From Myxococcales bacterium (GTDB lineage: Bacteria > Desulfobacterota > Binatia > HRBIN30), in contig JBBILD010000006.1 in the NCBI GenBank assembly GCA_037445065.1, positions 1 through 64,000 of the forward strand: DNA of 64,000 bases. Reading direction: 5' to 3'. The notes beneath the pieces were generated by a model. It was not told the DNA's origin. It ran no database searches and saw only the letters and a list, made by a program, of their open reading frames with translations. The translations under genes were made by a program, and so were the position numbers. Of this stretch, positions 10,018 through 19,649 are shown piece after piece. Numbering within the stretch: position 1 is the first letter of the stretch; the number at the start of each line of letters is the position of its first letter.

Positions 10018-11468
10018 GCCGAGCAGGCAATAGACCAGCCGGAGGAGGGTGCCTCGTATTCATTTTTGCACTGGCAGTGGCTTGCGCGGGTCGCGCCCAG
10101 GCACAGCCGCGCATCCAAGCCGCGGCGGTCACGGTGTATTCCCCGGGTGGGTTTGCCTTGGTGGAGGAAGTGCGCGAGGTGGACGTGGTTGCCGGGCACA
10201 ACCAGCGCGAACTCGGGGCCTTCCCGGCTGCGCTCGATCTCTCCACTTTGCGCCTCGACGTGCAAGGCGCGGGGGTACGCAACGTCGGGTGGCGCTGGGA
10301 GGCGGCTTTGCAGGGAGACGAAGCCCTCGACCGCGCGCTGGGGGAACGGGTCCGGGTGGACGTGGTGGCGGGAAACGAGTTGCGTTCGTTCGAGGGCGTC
10401 TTGCTCGCCCGCCAGGGCGGCCTGCTTTTGCGCGATGATGCAGGCCGCGTGCACCAGCTTCCCGCATACGCCCACGTCGAATGGGCACAGCCGCAGGCGG
10501 CCGGCCCGCGGCTGGTTTGGGAAGGTTCGGCGGAGCGCGCCGGGCGGGCCCGGCTGCAACTGGGTTACGAGGTTGCGTCGTTGTCCTGGAGCGCCGAGTA
10601 CATCCTTACCTTGAGTCCTGCGGCGCAGGCGAACCGCGGAACCATGGACTTGGCCGGAATGGCTCGCTTGCACAACCAGAGCGGCGCGCACTTTGCCGCG
10701 GCGCGCGTGCTGCTTGTCGCTGGAACCGTGCGTCGCGCCGCGGCTCCCGGTGCGGGCTTCCGGATCAAGCGCGGATTCGATTCCCGCGAAGCGCACATGG
10801 CGAGTGCCATCGAAGCGCCGGCACCGGTCGGTGAGACGTATACCTATGCGCTCTCGATGCCCGTGGACTTGCCGGACCGGAGCACGCTTTTCCTTCCCTG
10901 GCGCGAAGCGCGCGAGGTTCCGTACCAGCAGGAATTCGTCTACCGGGGCCAGAGCAGCGAGTGGCCATTGGGCGCCGGAGTGGTGCTGGAACGCGAGGCA
11001 GGGATCGAAGCACCCAAACACGCGGAGGCTGTGCTGCACTTTGTGAACAAAACGGAACACGGGCTCGACGGCCCTCTGCCTGCAGGGCGGGTGCGGGTAG
11101 GCACTCGCGAACAAGGCCGCTGGGTGTTGCTCGGAGAGGCAAGCCTCGACCACACCCCTGCGGGAGAAGGAGTGGCGCTCGTGCTGGGCGAGGCGTTCGA
11201 CATCGTGGGCGAGCGGCGGCAAGTGGGTTACCAGTTGGATGCCGGGCAGCGCCGCCTGGAAGAGGCAGTCGAGTTCGTGCTGCGCAACCGCAAGGCGCTT
11301 CCGGTCGAGGTGCGCGTGCGCGAGAAACTCTACCGGGCTGCGAATTGGGAGATCACCGAAGCCAGCGGACGCTATGAAAAGCGAGACGCTCGTACCATAG
11401 AGTTTTTCCTCCCGATCGAGCCGCAGAAAGAAAAGCGCGTGCGCTATCGCGTGCGCTACTCGTGGTGA
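10014..11468 (+). CDS. DUF4139 domain secreted protein
   Basis: Signal peptide; VTVY..GFALV, LSWSAEY, PLPAGRVRV, DHTP, GEAFD, LRNRK motifs. Confidence 0.8.
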   Translation: MSRAGNRPAGGGCLVFIFALAVACAGRAQAQPRIQAAAVTVYSPGGFALVEEVREVDVVAGHNQRELGAFPAALDLSTLRLDVQGAGVRNVGWRWEAALQGDEALDRALGERVRVDVVAGNELRSFEGVLLARQGGLLLRDDAGRVHQLPAYAHVEWAQPQAAGPRLVWEGSAERAGRARLQLGYEVASLSWSAEYILTLSPAAQANRGTMDLAGMARLHNQSGAHFAAARVLLVAGTVRRAAAPGAGFRIKRGFDSREAHMASAIEAPAPVGETYTYALSMPVDLPDRSTLFLPWREAREVPYQQEFVYRGQSSEWPLGAGVVLEREAGIEAPKHAEAVLHFVNKTEHGLDGPLPAGRVRVGTREQGRWVLLGEASLDHTPAGEGVALVLGEAFDIVGERRQVGYQLDAGQRRLEEAVEFVLRNRKALPVEVRVREKLYRAANWEITEASGRYEKRDARTIEFFLPIEPQKEKRVRYRVRYSW

Positions 11469-11474
11469 AACACA

Positions 11475-11506
11475 TCGGGCCAGAGGTCTCAAAACCTCTG
11501 GCCCGA
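11475..11506. terminator. Hairpin between convergent genes (probable terminator)
   Basis: Perfect 13-bp stem TCGGGCCAGAGGT/ACCTCTGGCCCGA just after the DUF4139 stop codon; no strong U tract. Confidence 0.5.
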
Positions 11507-11743
11507 CCGGCCGTGCCCCCCGGCCTGCGCCGGTGCGCACCGTTGCGAGCGCATGACCCTCGCGAGCTCCGTCCCCGGCACGCCCCCGCAGTCCTCATCG
11601 CGCTCGTGTCCGTGAGAGGGTTTTCTTCCAGTGAGCCCAGGATGCCGCGCCGCAAGCGGCGCTCGCCACTTGCCTGTCTTCGCCTCTTGCCGGCACGCGC
11701 GCGCAGAGCGGTCGCAAGCTTCTCGGCCTTCAGGTGCCGCACC

Positions 11744-12745
11744 TCAACCGCGAGCGCGGTTGCGCCGTGCCGCCTGCCGGCGCGAGAGGGGAGAATCGTA
11801 CGCGTGTTCTCTGTGCCGGCGGAAGGCGCAGAGGTGCACCAGGCGTCCCCGGGCCACGAGCCCCGAACCGACCAAGCCGTCGCCGCGAAAGCGGACGTCT
11901 TCTCCCTCGCCGACCGCTGGGTACGTTTGCGACTCCGCCTCCCCGATTTGCCCGACAAACTGCTGCGCTTGCTCGCACGACACTTCCTCGCTGCCCTCTT
12001 GGAAGGCGTAAATGCTTTCCAAAGCGTAGCCGCGGAGGAAATGGTCGAACAAAGCCACCAGGGTACTAGGGAAATCGAAGAGATCCAGTGCCTCGATGCG
12101 CGCGTTGATGGCCGCGAGCACGCCCACTTGCCCCGCCCTCAAGGAAAACGCTTCTTCGTACTCTCCGAGCGTGGGCGAAACCTCTTGGTAGACATCAGCC
12201 AAGGCCTCGGTTCGTGTAGAAACGTGTAACCGCTGAATCTTCCTCCGAACCTCCGCCCACACTGCCGATTGGTCCGCATAGGCGCCGCGGCCCATCGCCC
12301 GCGAGGCAAACACTTGCTCGGCTTTTTCTGCCCGGCCGCGCAGTGGCATTGTGCGCCTAGAGGTGCGGAAGTCGCGCGACACCGGGTACCAGCGCCCCGC
12401 CTCCACACAGCTCACGGGAATCACGATGGTTTGCTCTGCCGGCACTAAAATGCTGACGTTCACGATCCGATTTTGCTTTGCGCCGACAAGTTCCTCACCA
12501 TCGAGGATAAACACCGACTGGCGTGCCCGATTCGTGACGCGAAGGTGGTTGACGGATCCCGCTTCTGAGACCTCGCGGATCTCCACGAGCTTTCGCTCGA
12601 GAGCTTGTTGTAGGGTCAGATAGTCTGGTGCGTCCTCGGCGTCAGTCGCCCCCTCTCGTAGAAGCGGGAAGAGGGTCAGGTTCTTGAAGGTAAGCGGCTC
12701 GCCCACGCGAACCTTCCCCAGGGCCTCCGTGACAGCACTATGCAT
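11744..12745 (-). CDS. ARPP-1 / DUF6569 family protein
   Basis: NLTLFPL, YLTLQQAL, EVSEAGSVN, LDGEELVGAKQNRIVN, IPVSCVEAGRW, DQSAVW motifs; SD AGGAGG upstream. Confidence 0.8.
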   Translation of the reverse strand: MHSAVTEALGKVRVGEPLTFKNLTLFPLLREGATDAEDAPDYLTLQQALERKLVEIREVSEAGSVNHLRVTNRARQSVFILDGEELVGAKQNRIVNVSILVPAEQTIVIPVSCVEAGRWYPVSRDFRTSRRTMPLRGRAEKAEQVFASRAMGRGAYADQSAVWAEVRRKIQRLHVSTRTEALADVYQEVSPTLGEYEEAFSLRAGQVGVLAAINARIEALDLFDFPSTLVALFDHFLRGYALESIYAFQEGSEEVSCEQAQQFVGQIGEAESQTYPAVGEGEDVRFRGDGLVGSGLVARGRLVHLCAFRRHREHAYDSPLSRRQAARRNRARG

Positions 12746-12771
12746 CGCTGCGACCTCCTGCGTGCGAAATT

Positions 12772-12830
12772 GCGATATAGGGTATCAGCGCCCTGCAGGG
12801 CCGTCAATATCTATGGGTCAGCGATATAGG
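12772..12830 (-). promoter_or_regulatory. Sigma70-like promoter of the ARPP-1 gene, flanked by 10-bp direct repeats
   Basis: Minus strand TTGACG-17 nt-TACCCT. GCGATATAGG at 12772 and 12821. Palindrome GCCCTGCAGGGC in the spacer. Confidence 0.55.
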
Positions 12831-13267
12831 ATATACAATGGCTTCGCTATCGTGGCGGTGACTGGTCGCCGCGCCCTGGTGCCTATCCTCGAAAGCGCGT
12901 GTTGCAAGCTGCCCAGCGTGGAGCAAGGCGCGCGGGGCGCGGCGGTGGTTCGGTGCGTTCTGCGGCTTGGAGGGGCTGTGGAGTGCCGGGGCGGTGTGCT
13001 GCAGTAGTGTAGAGCCAGCGGCCCGCGGCAGGGGTACGTTGCTACAAGGGGCGTTTGTGCTCCCGCTGGGTGGCTCGGTGTAGCCGGCGACCGTCGGCGG
13101 CGCGGCGGGCGGAAGGACCGGCTCCCTGTGCATACGGGTGTGAGGTTGGGCGGATGCAGGTGGGGAGTAGGCGGTGCGGGACCGCGCGGGCTCTGAGACA
13201 GGGAGCAGGTCGGTCCAGACGCGCTGGTGCTACTCCCGGCCGGGCGAGGCGATGCGGGAAAGGCGGG

Positions 13268-13969
13268 CTACCAGGTCTCGCCGAAGGGGCGGAGGTCGAC
13301 TTGGAAGGTCCAGGCCGAGCGTGGCTGGTGAGCGATAAAGAAGATCGTCTCGGCGATGTCGGCGGGTTGCAAGAAGAAGTCGCGCGGCTTGTCGGGAAGC
13401 ATGGCGCGGGTGTGGGGGAGATCCACCACCCCGTCTACCACGAACAAAGAAACGTGGATGCCACGCGGGCCCCAGTGGCGCGCCAAGGACTCGGCAAGCG
13501 AGCGCTGGGCGGCCTTGGCGGCAGCGAAGGCAGTGGTTTGCGGGCGACCCCGCAGAGAAGCCGTGGCGGCGGTGACCATAATGGCGCCCTGTCCTGCAGC
13601 GAGCATCGCCGGCGCGACGGTCTGGGCAGCGACCAGGAGGCCGAGCGTGTTTACCCGCCACGCCGCTTCGAGAGCGGCCGGGGTGGTCTCCTCAGGGAGC
13701 GACCAGATGCCGCTGCCCGCGTTGTAACAAAGGACCGCCACCGGCCCCATTTCGTCGCTCACCTGAGCGAGGGCCGCAGCGATGCTGTCGGGGACTCCTG
13801 CATCCGCCGTAACGGCTTTGCTTCCGGGCAGCTCTGCCTCGTAAGCTGCCAACTTCTCCGCCGAGCGCGCCAGCATTGCCACGCGGTAACCTCCCTGGGT
13901 GAAGCGGCGCGCGAGTGCCAAGCCGATTCCGGGGCCGACGCCCACCACTGCGCAAACCGGTTCCGCCAT
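13268..13969 (-). CDS. Short-chain dehydrogenase/reductase
   Basis: VVGVGPGIG, YNAG, FAAAKAAQR (catalytic Tyr replaced by Phe), GIHV...VDG. Confidence 0.9.
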   Translation of the reverse strand: MAEPVCAVVGVGPGIGLALARRFTQGGYRVAMLARSAEKLAAYEAELPGSKAVTADAGVPDSIAAALAQVSDEMGPVAVLCYNAGSGIWSLPEETTPAALEAAWRVNTLGLLVAAQTVAPAMLAAGQGAIMVTAATASLRGRPQTTAFAAAKAAQRSLAESLARHWGPRGIHVSLFVVDGVVDLPHTRAMLPDKPRDFFLQPADIAETIFFIAHQPRSAWTFQVDLRPFGETW

Positions 13970-14485
13970 CGTCTAGTTCTCCGTTTCTTTGCGGGCTGCC
14001 TCCAAGAGGCCGACTGCGCCGAGCTTAGTTGCCTGAGGTGGGTGGAGCAAAGCCGAGGTGCTTTGCCGTGCTTAGGCGGGGCCTCCGACTTCGTCGTGGG
14101 CGAGCAAGCCTCTGCGTTCGCGGAGTGGTCAACTCGCGAGTCCGAAGGCAAGACGCGCCCGTGCGGCAAGGCCCCACACAGCAGTGCGCGTTACTCGTTG
14201 CCCGGCGCTCTTTTCCTCGCCCCCGCCCCGCCGAGCATCACCCCGCCTTCCGCGTGTGCAATCGCACGCCCGAGACACGGGAGGGTAATGCCCGAAGTCC
14301 CCGGCACGCGGAGCGGCCGCGAGCGATGGGCGGGAAGCACAGGGCCTCTCGACCAATGAGGAGCGGAGAGCGGCACGCTTGCCTCACCTCCCCGTGCGGC
14401 CGGGCCGCCGACGTCGGCGGCCAGCAGCGCAGAAAGCGGCGCCGAAGTGGCGCGAGGGCTGAGCCCGCCCGGCAGTGTTCGGGAA

Positions 14486-14561
14486 TAAAAGCGCAGAGCG
14501 GGGGTTCCGCTCTGCGCAAAAAAACCGGGCCAGAGGTTTGGGGGCAGGGGCCTCTGGCCCG
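14486..14561 (-). terminator. Two tandem intrinsic terminators downstream of the Cys-rich gene
   Basis: On the minus strand: stem CGGGCCAGAGG/CCTCTGGCCCG plus T7 (14518-14561), then stem GCGCAGAGCGG/CCGCTCTGCGC plus TTTTATT (14491-14517). Confidence 0.7.
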
Positions 14562-14688
14562 TCCGTTTCGCCGCAAGTGGTTGCCCACTCACGTGGTGGT
14601 CGTGGGGGCGACGACCACCAAAGTCACGGTGTCTCCGATGATGCGCAAGTGCAGCTCGGAATGCAAGCCCCAGGCAGAAAAGTGCGGG

Positions 14689-15558
14689 TTACGGTAGAGG
14701 AGTGGGTGTCAGGGTGGCGGTGCAAGACTGGGTGCACGTTCGCGCCACGGTTTTGCAGGCTTCGAGGGCTTGACGGAGAGTGAGGGAGCAAGGCGACACG
14801 CAGGCGCGCAGCGCGCTCAGCGCAGCTTGGCAGTCCGCCGAAGTCGGGCCGCTCGCACAGACAGTGCGGGCTTCGGTAATCAGGTCCTGACAGCCACCGT
14901 AGCAAGCGACCGCGTCTTGCTGCGCCGCCGCGGAGCAGGTGCTTTGCGTGGCCCGGCACTGGGCGATGCAAAGCGGATCCACGGTTGGAGTACAGGCCAC
15001 GGGCTGCAGTGGGCACGCAGCTTTGCAAGCCCGCTCGTCCGAATCGCAAGTTTGGTGAGCGGTGCGGTAGGTCGAAAAGCACGGCTGAGCGCAGGAAACG
15101 TAGGCTTGCCATGCGGCCGCACACTCCGCCGAGCCGGGTGCGCTGCTACAAACGCTGCGCGCAACCGCCAAGGCACTGCCGCAGTTGGTGTTCACACAAG
15201 TGTTGAGTTCCTGTTTTGCTGCCGCTTTGCAAGTGCGCTCGTTGGCATCGCACTGGGCTTTGCAAGCGGGGTCAATTCGGGCTGGCAACAAGTTGCACGG
15301 GCGCCCAGGAAGTCCTGGAACTCCCGGAAGCGGTTGCAGAATGTCGTCCCAGTCGCGACCTTTTCCTTTGCCAAAGTCGTCCCAATGGTGACTTTCTTCT
15401 TTTCCTTTGCCAAAGTCGTCCCAATGGTGACTTTCTTCTTTGCCGTCGTGGTCTTTGTGACCCTTCGAGTGCGCGAGCGCTGAGCCCGTGGCGAGAAGCC
15501 CGCTGAGGCCCAATGCCAAGACCCATGCTAGGGCATGCTGCCGTTGTCCGTTTCTCAT
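14689..15558 (-). CDS. Secreted cysteine-rich repeat protein (26 Cys) with a His/Asp-rich N-terminus
   Basis: SD AAGGAGG before the ATG at 15558; signal peptide ending ALA; two homologous 12-Cys repeats. Confidence 0.8.
   Translation of the reverse strand: MRNGQRQHALAWVLALGLSGLLATGSALAHSKGHKDHDGKEESHHWDDFGKGKEESHHWDDFGKGKGRDWDDILQPLPGVPGLPGRPCNLLPARIDPACKAQCDANERTCKAAAKQELNTCVNTNCGSALAVARSVCSSAPGSAECAAAWQAYVSCAQPCFSTYRTAHQTCDSDERACKAACPLQPVACTPTVDPLCIAQCRATQSTCSAAAQQDAVACYGGCQDLITEARTVCASGPTSADCQAALSALRACVSPCSLTLRQALEACKTVARTCTQSCTATLTPTPLP
15361..15438. repeat. Perfect 39-bp tandem duplication inside the Cys-rich gene
   Basis: TTTTCCTTTGCCAAAGTCGTCCCAATGGTGACTTTCTTC x2, encoding EESHHWDDFGKGK x2. 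Confidence 0.95.
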
Positions 15559-16171
15559 ACATTCCTCCTTCTGTGTGCTTGTACGATTCCGTCCGCGTGT
15601 TTCACTGCTTGCCTGCGCAGGCACTGGCCGCTGGAGCCGGCGGTACCGAGGACAAGCCCCTTGCCTCTCCGTAACCCGGCGGTACCGACAACCCCGACGC
15701 CACGCGCCTTGTTGACGAGGAAACTTTGGCTTTTATTGCATCCCGTTCCGCCGCTTGCAGGGGCAGCTGGCAACGGGTGGTAGGGCAAGGCGAAGTCCCG
15801 CGTGAACCTGGCACTGCGGGGTGCCGTCGTCCCCAGGGAGCGCACGACCGGGGCCACGGCGTGCCCTAGACGGTTGGGGAAGCTCTTGTGGCCGCCCGCG
15901 TCGCGAATGGCGAATCCCTGCCAGTAACAAGCGGGAGCCGCGAGCGGGAACCGACGAATGGAGACGAGCAGCAGGGGCGGTTGCAGCCGTGCTCGACTTG
16001 GTCGGGAGGGGTGACGGGACAGCACCGTTTGCGCAAGCCGATTGCGGGCACGCGCAACACTCGTTCCTTGGTGCCCGTAGCTGGGCACGACGATCCAGTG
16101 GAAGATGATTGCGTTTCGTGGCGATCGTGGGGCAAGGTCTTGGGCAGACTTCGGGGCGATGGAGGAGCGAG

Positions 16172-17344
16172 GTGACGACCGGCATCGTGATTCGCGGTGC
16201 GCGGGTGCTACTGCCGAGCGGCTGGGCGCCCGACACTGACGTGCGCATCTTCGAGGGAGTGATCGATCGGGTGGGCACCGATCTCGGCGCCGCGCAGGCG
16301 CGCGAAATGGACGGACGGGGCTGCCTGCTGGTTCCCGGTTTTGTCGACCTGCACGTGCACGGAGCTGCGGGCTACTTTTGCGAAAGCGGGCAAAGCGAGG
16401 CGATCGTAGAGATTTCGCGTGTGCTGGCGCGCTACGGAGTTACTGGTTTCCTGGCTACCATCGCAAGCTTGCCGGTTCGCCGGTTGGTGCAGGCGGTGGA
16501 GGCGGTGGCTTTCGCCATGGGTGCGGAACCGGGGGCGCGCATTTTGGGGATTCACCTCGAAGGCCCGTTTCTCAACCGGCACTGTGCCGGTGCGCAAAAC
16601 CGGCGCTGGATGCGCGCGCCATCGGTGGAGGAATTCGATGCGCTCCTTGCGCGCTCTTCAGGGCAGCTTCGCTTGCTCACGTTGGCTCCCGAATTGCCAG
16701 GGGCCGTACCGCTGGTTGCAGCGGCCCGCGAACGTGGGGTCGTCGTGGCCTTGGGGCACAGCGAGGCGAGCGAAGAGGAGGCGTTGTTGGCACTGGACGC
16801 TGGCGCCTCGCATGTCACCCATTTGTGGAATGCCATGGGCCCGTTCCACCACCGCTCGATCGGCCTTGCCGGCGTAGCGTTGCTCGACCCCCGCCTCACT
16901 GTGGAGGTGATCGCCGATGGCCACCACGTACATCCGCGCGCACTGGCCCTGGCGTGGCGTCTCAAAGGTGCCAAGCGGATCGTGTTGGTGAGCGATGCGG
17001 TGGCGGCAGCGTTGCCCGAGGGCACGTACCGTTGGGGCGCGGAAGAGTGCGTGGTCGCCAACGGTGCGGTGCGGCGCCGGAAGGACGGCCGCCTGGCCGG
17101 CAGTTGTTTGACCCTCGATCAGGCCGTGCGCAACACTTCCCAGTGGATCGCAGAGGCCGCCCTGGAAGAGGTTCTCGCAGCCGCGTCGAGCAACCCGTGC
17201 CAGGTGCTGGGTCTGGACCGCTTTGGAAAAATCGAGGAAGGGGCGGATGCCGATCTCGTGCTCCTCGACTCTGCGCTACGCGTGCGCTGCACCCTTGTGC
17301 GCGGCGAGGTCGTTCACGAAGCTGGGGCGGAACGGAGGAACTGA
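16172..17344 (+). CDS. nagA: N-acetylglucosamine-6-phosphate deacetylase
   Basis: PGFVDLHVHG, GIHLEGPF, TLAPE, GHS, THLWNAM, IADGHHVHP, VSDA, LAGS; GTG start after GGAGGAG. Confidence 0.93.
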   Translation: MTTGIVIRGARVLLPSGWAPDTDVRIFEGVIDRVGTDLGAAQAREMDGRGCLLVPGFVDLHVHGAAGYFCESGQSEAIVEISRVLARYGVTGFLATIASLPVRRLVQAVEAVAFAMGAEPGARILGIHLEGPFLNRHCAGAQNRRWMRAPSVEEFDALLARSSGQLRLLTLAPELPGAVPLVAAARERGVVVALGHSEASEEEALLALDAGASHVTHLWNAMGPFHHRSIGLAGVALLDPRLTVEVIADGHHVHPRALALAWRLKGAKRIVLVSDAVAAALPEGTYRWGAEECVVANGAVRRRKDGRLAGSCLTLDQAVRNTSQWIAEAALEEVLAAASSNPCQVLGLDRFGKIEEGADADLVLLDSALRVRCTLVRGEVVHEAGAERRN

Positions 17345-17354
17345 GGAGGTAGGG

Positions 17355-17675
17355 ATGCGCTGTGAACTGTGCGAGTTGGTTCCGACCACGCATTGGTACC
17401 GAGTGGTGGAGGAGCCGTTTCGTTTTACCTTGCTGGATTGCGACTCCTGCGAGGTGCCCATGGCCGTGCTCGGCGAACACCGCGCTTGGGTCAGCGCGGA
17501 GGAACGAGTGTGCATGCAGGAGGCACTGGCGCGCGTGGCGGAGGAGAAATTCCCGAACGGTTGGTATTTCGACGACCACATGCGCCAGATTCCCGATCAC
17601 TACCACGTACACGCGCGGCCGTACCCGTGGTGGTGGCGCAAAAAAAAACGCGGCGCGGAAGGGGCCAGTCGGTGA
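17355..17675 (+). CDS. Small HIT-like putative Zn-binding protein
   Basis: SD GAGGAGG; CELC and CDSC pairs; IPDHYHVHARP histidine-triad-like motif. Confidence 0.7.
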   Translation: MRCELCELVPTTHWYRVVEEPFRFTLLDCDSCEVPMAVLGEHRAWVSAEERVCMQEALARVAEEKFPNGWYFDDHMRQIPDHYHVHARPYPWWWRKKKRGAEGASR

Positions 17676-18988
17676 GCAATAGCGAGTTGCGGACCCAGCC
17701 AGCGGCCGATGAAGTCATGCGCCGATCGGCGCGCCAAGCGGCGGGCTTCTTTGCAGCGAGCCTGTTTTTCGCCGTCTTTGTGGGTGGGCTGATCGGTGTG
17801 CTTTTGCTGGGAACACTCAGCACAGGGCGCGACTGGCTGGGCGGCCTAGGGGCAGACGGCGCGCGCCGCGCTCATGCCTACGCGCAGGTCTTCGGCTTCG
17901 CTGCCATGTACGTGATGGGGGTTGCGTTCCATGTGCTCCCACGTTTGACCGGTAGCCCCTTACCGCCCACACCGGCGCTCCCGTGGGCACTTGCCGGCAC
18001 CGGACTCGGGACAGCGCTGGCTGTGGGCTTGGGATTGGGAGGTGTTTCCGTCTCCATTCTGTGGGCAGTCGCGCACACGGCGCTTTTGTTGGGCGCGCTC
18101 GCCTTTGCGCTTGTGGTCGGGCGCCAGTTGCGCGGCGCGCTGCTGCCCGAACCGATGGCCGGTTACTTGATCGCTGGCTGCGGCTGGCTCGCGCTGGCCG
18201 CTGCTTTGCCTTTGCTCTCCTGGCCGCTCCGGGGTGAAGTGCCGGGGGCGCTCGGCCCGGTGTGGGAAGCGATGCTGTGGGGCTTTAGTGCAAGTTGGAT
18301 TTTCGGGATGAGCTTGCGCGTTCTGCCCGCCGCGCTGGGAGCGCCTTGGCAACCGCAGCACCTGGACCGCGGCCTCTTTGCCGCCTTCCAGCTCAGCGTA
18401 GCAGCCTGGGTGGCAGCGCACTGGTGGTCGCCCACCGCGTGGTGGGCAGAGCCAGCGAGCCGCTGGCTTGCCGCCGGTGGTAGCGTGATCCTCGCTCTGG
18501 CTGCCCTCGCGTACGTGCAGAGAGTGGGGGTGTTCGCGCGCGCTCGTGCTCCGGTGGCCCATCCGCTACCCGGCACCGAGAAGTTCTTGCTGGCTGCCTA
18601 TGCGTGGCTTCTGGTGGCGCTGGTCGAAGGACCGCTGTGGAGCGCCGGCCACGCGTATCTCGGAACTCCCTACGGCGGCGCCGCAGTCGACTTTGCGCGC
18701 CATGCCTTTACCTTGGGTTTCCTCACGCAAATGATCGTGGGTGTCTCCATGCGCGTGATTCCCACCGCGGCTGGCCTGCCCTTGTGGAGCAACGGGCTGC
18801 GCGACGTGACCTTTTGGCTACTCAACGCCGGCGTGATTGTGCGCGCGAGCGAAGTGGTGGCTTTCGTGCGCGGCTTTTCCTGGCTGTATCCGTGGACCGC
18901 GCTGTCAGGCCTGCTTGCGTGGGCGGCCTTGGTTACCTTTGCGATCAATGTGCTGATGACCCTGCGCCGCCGCAGAGGAGAAGGTTGA
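17672..18988 (+). CDS. NnrS-like multi-pass membrane protein
   Basis: About 12 hydrophobic segments; HAYAQVFGF...GVAFHVLP and RHAFTLGFLTQMIVG motifs; 4-nt overlap with the upstream gene. Confidence 0.7.
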   Translation: MSNSELRTQPAADEVMRRSARQAAGFFAASLFFAVFVGGLIGVLLLGTLSTGRDWLGGLGADGARRAHAYAQVFGFAAMYVMGVAFHVLPRLTGSPLPPTPALPWALAGTGLGTALAVGLGLGGVSVSILWAVAHTALLLGALAFALVVGRQLRGALLPEPMAGYLIAGCGWLALAAALPLLSWPLRGEVPGALGPVWEAMLWGFSASWIFGMSLRVLPAALGAPWQPQHLDRGLFAAFQLSVAAWVAAHWWSPTAWWAEPASRWLAAGGSVILALAALAYVQRVGVFARARAPVAHPLPGTEKFLLAAYAWLLVALVEGPLWSAGHAYLGTPYGGAAVDFARHAFTLGFLTQMIVGVSMRVIPTAAGLPLWSNGLRDVTFWLLNAGVIVRASEVVAFVRGFSWLYPWTALSGLLAWAALVTFAINVLMTLRRRRGEG

Positions 18989-19102
18989 CGGTTCCGGGAG
19001 GCCAACCGCCAAGCGCTCTGGCAGGCGGCGTCCGTCAGCAACGTGCGTCGAGAGCCTCTCGCCTTTGCTTGCGGCCGCCCGAGAAGCGAGCGTGGCCGGG
19101 CG

Positions 19103-19531
19103 TTAGTTGGTTGTTTCCAAGGCCAGCTCGCGGGCGAGTTCGTCAATGCGGCGTGCGATCTCATCCCTCGCGGCGCGAAAGCGCGCCAGTGCCTCGGCAG
19201 GAGCAGCAAACTCGGCTCCGGCTGCCGGGTCGGGGATGGGCCAGTGCCTGCGCTCGACGTGTCCGAGAAAAGCCGGGCACACCTCTTCCGCGCACAGGGT
19301 GACGACCAAGTCGACCTCTTTCGGATCTACGGCTTCGACCCCCTTCGAGCGTTGGCCAGAGATGTCGACGCCGAGTTCGCGCATCACTTCGATCGCATAT
19401 GGATGAACGGTACGCGGCGCACTGCCGGCGCTGAACACGCGCACCTGTTTGGGCAGCCGGGCGCGCGCCAGGCCCTCGGCCATCTGGCTGCGTGCTGAAT
19501 TTGCCACGCACAGGAACAGGATCCCTCGCAT
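19103..19531 (-). CDS. arsC: Arsenate reductase (LMW-PTPase fold, thioredoxin-coupled type)
   Basis: [37 protein letters not shown]. Confidence 0.9.
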   Translation of the reverse strand: MRGILFLCVANSARSQMAEGLARARLPKQVRVFSAGSAPRTVHPYAIEVMRELGVDISGQRSKGVEAVDPKEVDLVVTLCAEEVCPAFLGHVERRHWPIPDPAAGAEFAAPAEALARFRAARDEIARRIDELARELALETTN

Positions 19532-19649
19532 GCTGCCCGTTATCGGCGTCCAGTACGGTGCAGGCAAGGGGGCCGACTGCCTCGGGTGTCGCCACCAGGG
19601 CCGACCTCGGCCGGGTGCGAGCGCGGGACGCTCTCCGGCAGCACTCCGT

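Noticed and set aside
14030..14175. Long imperfect hairpin considered as 6S or SRP RNA
   Set aside because: The stems are short and plausible by chance at this GC content. It lacks the SRP conserved loop and is too short for a convincing 6S RNA.
15361..15438. 39-bp repeat considered as a CRISPR array
   Set aside because: Two abutting copies with no spacer, in frame within a CDS, and no cas genes.
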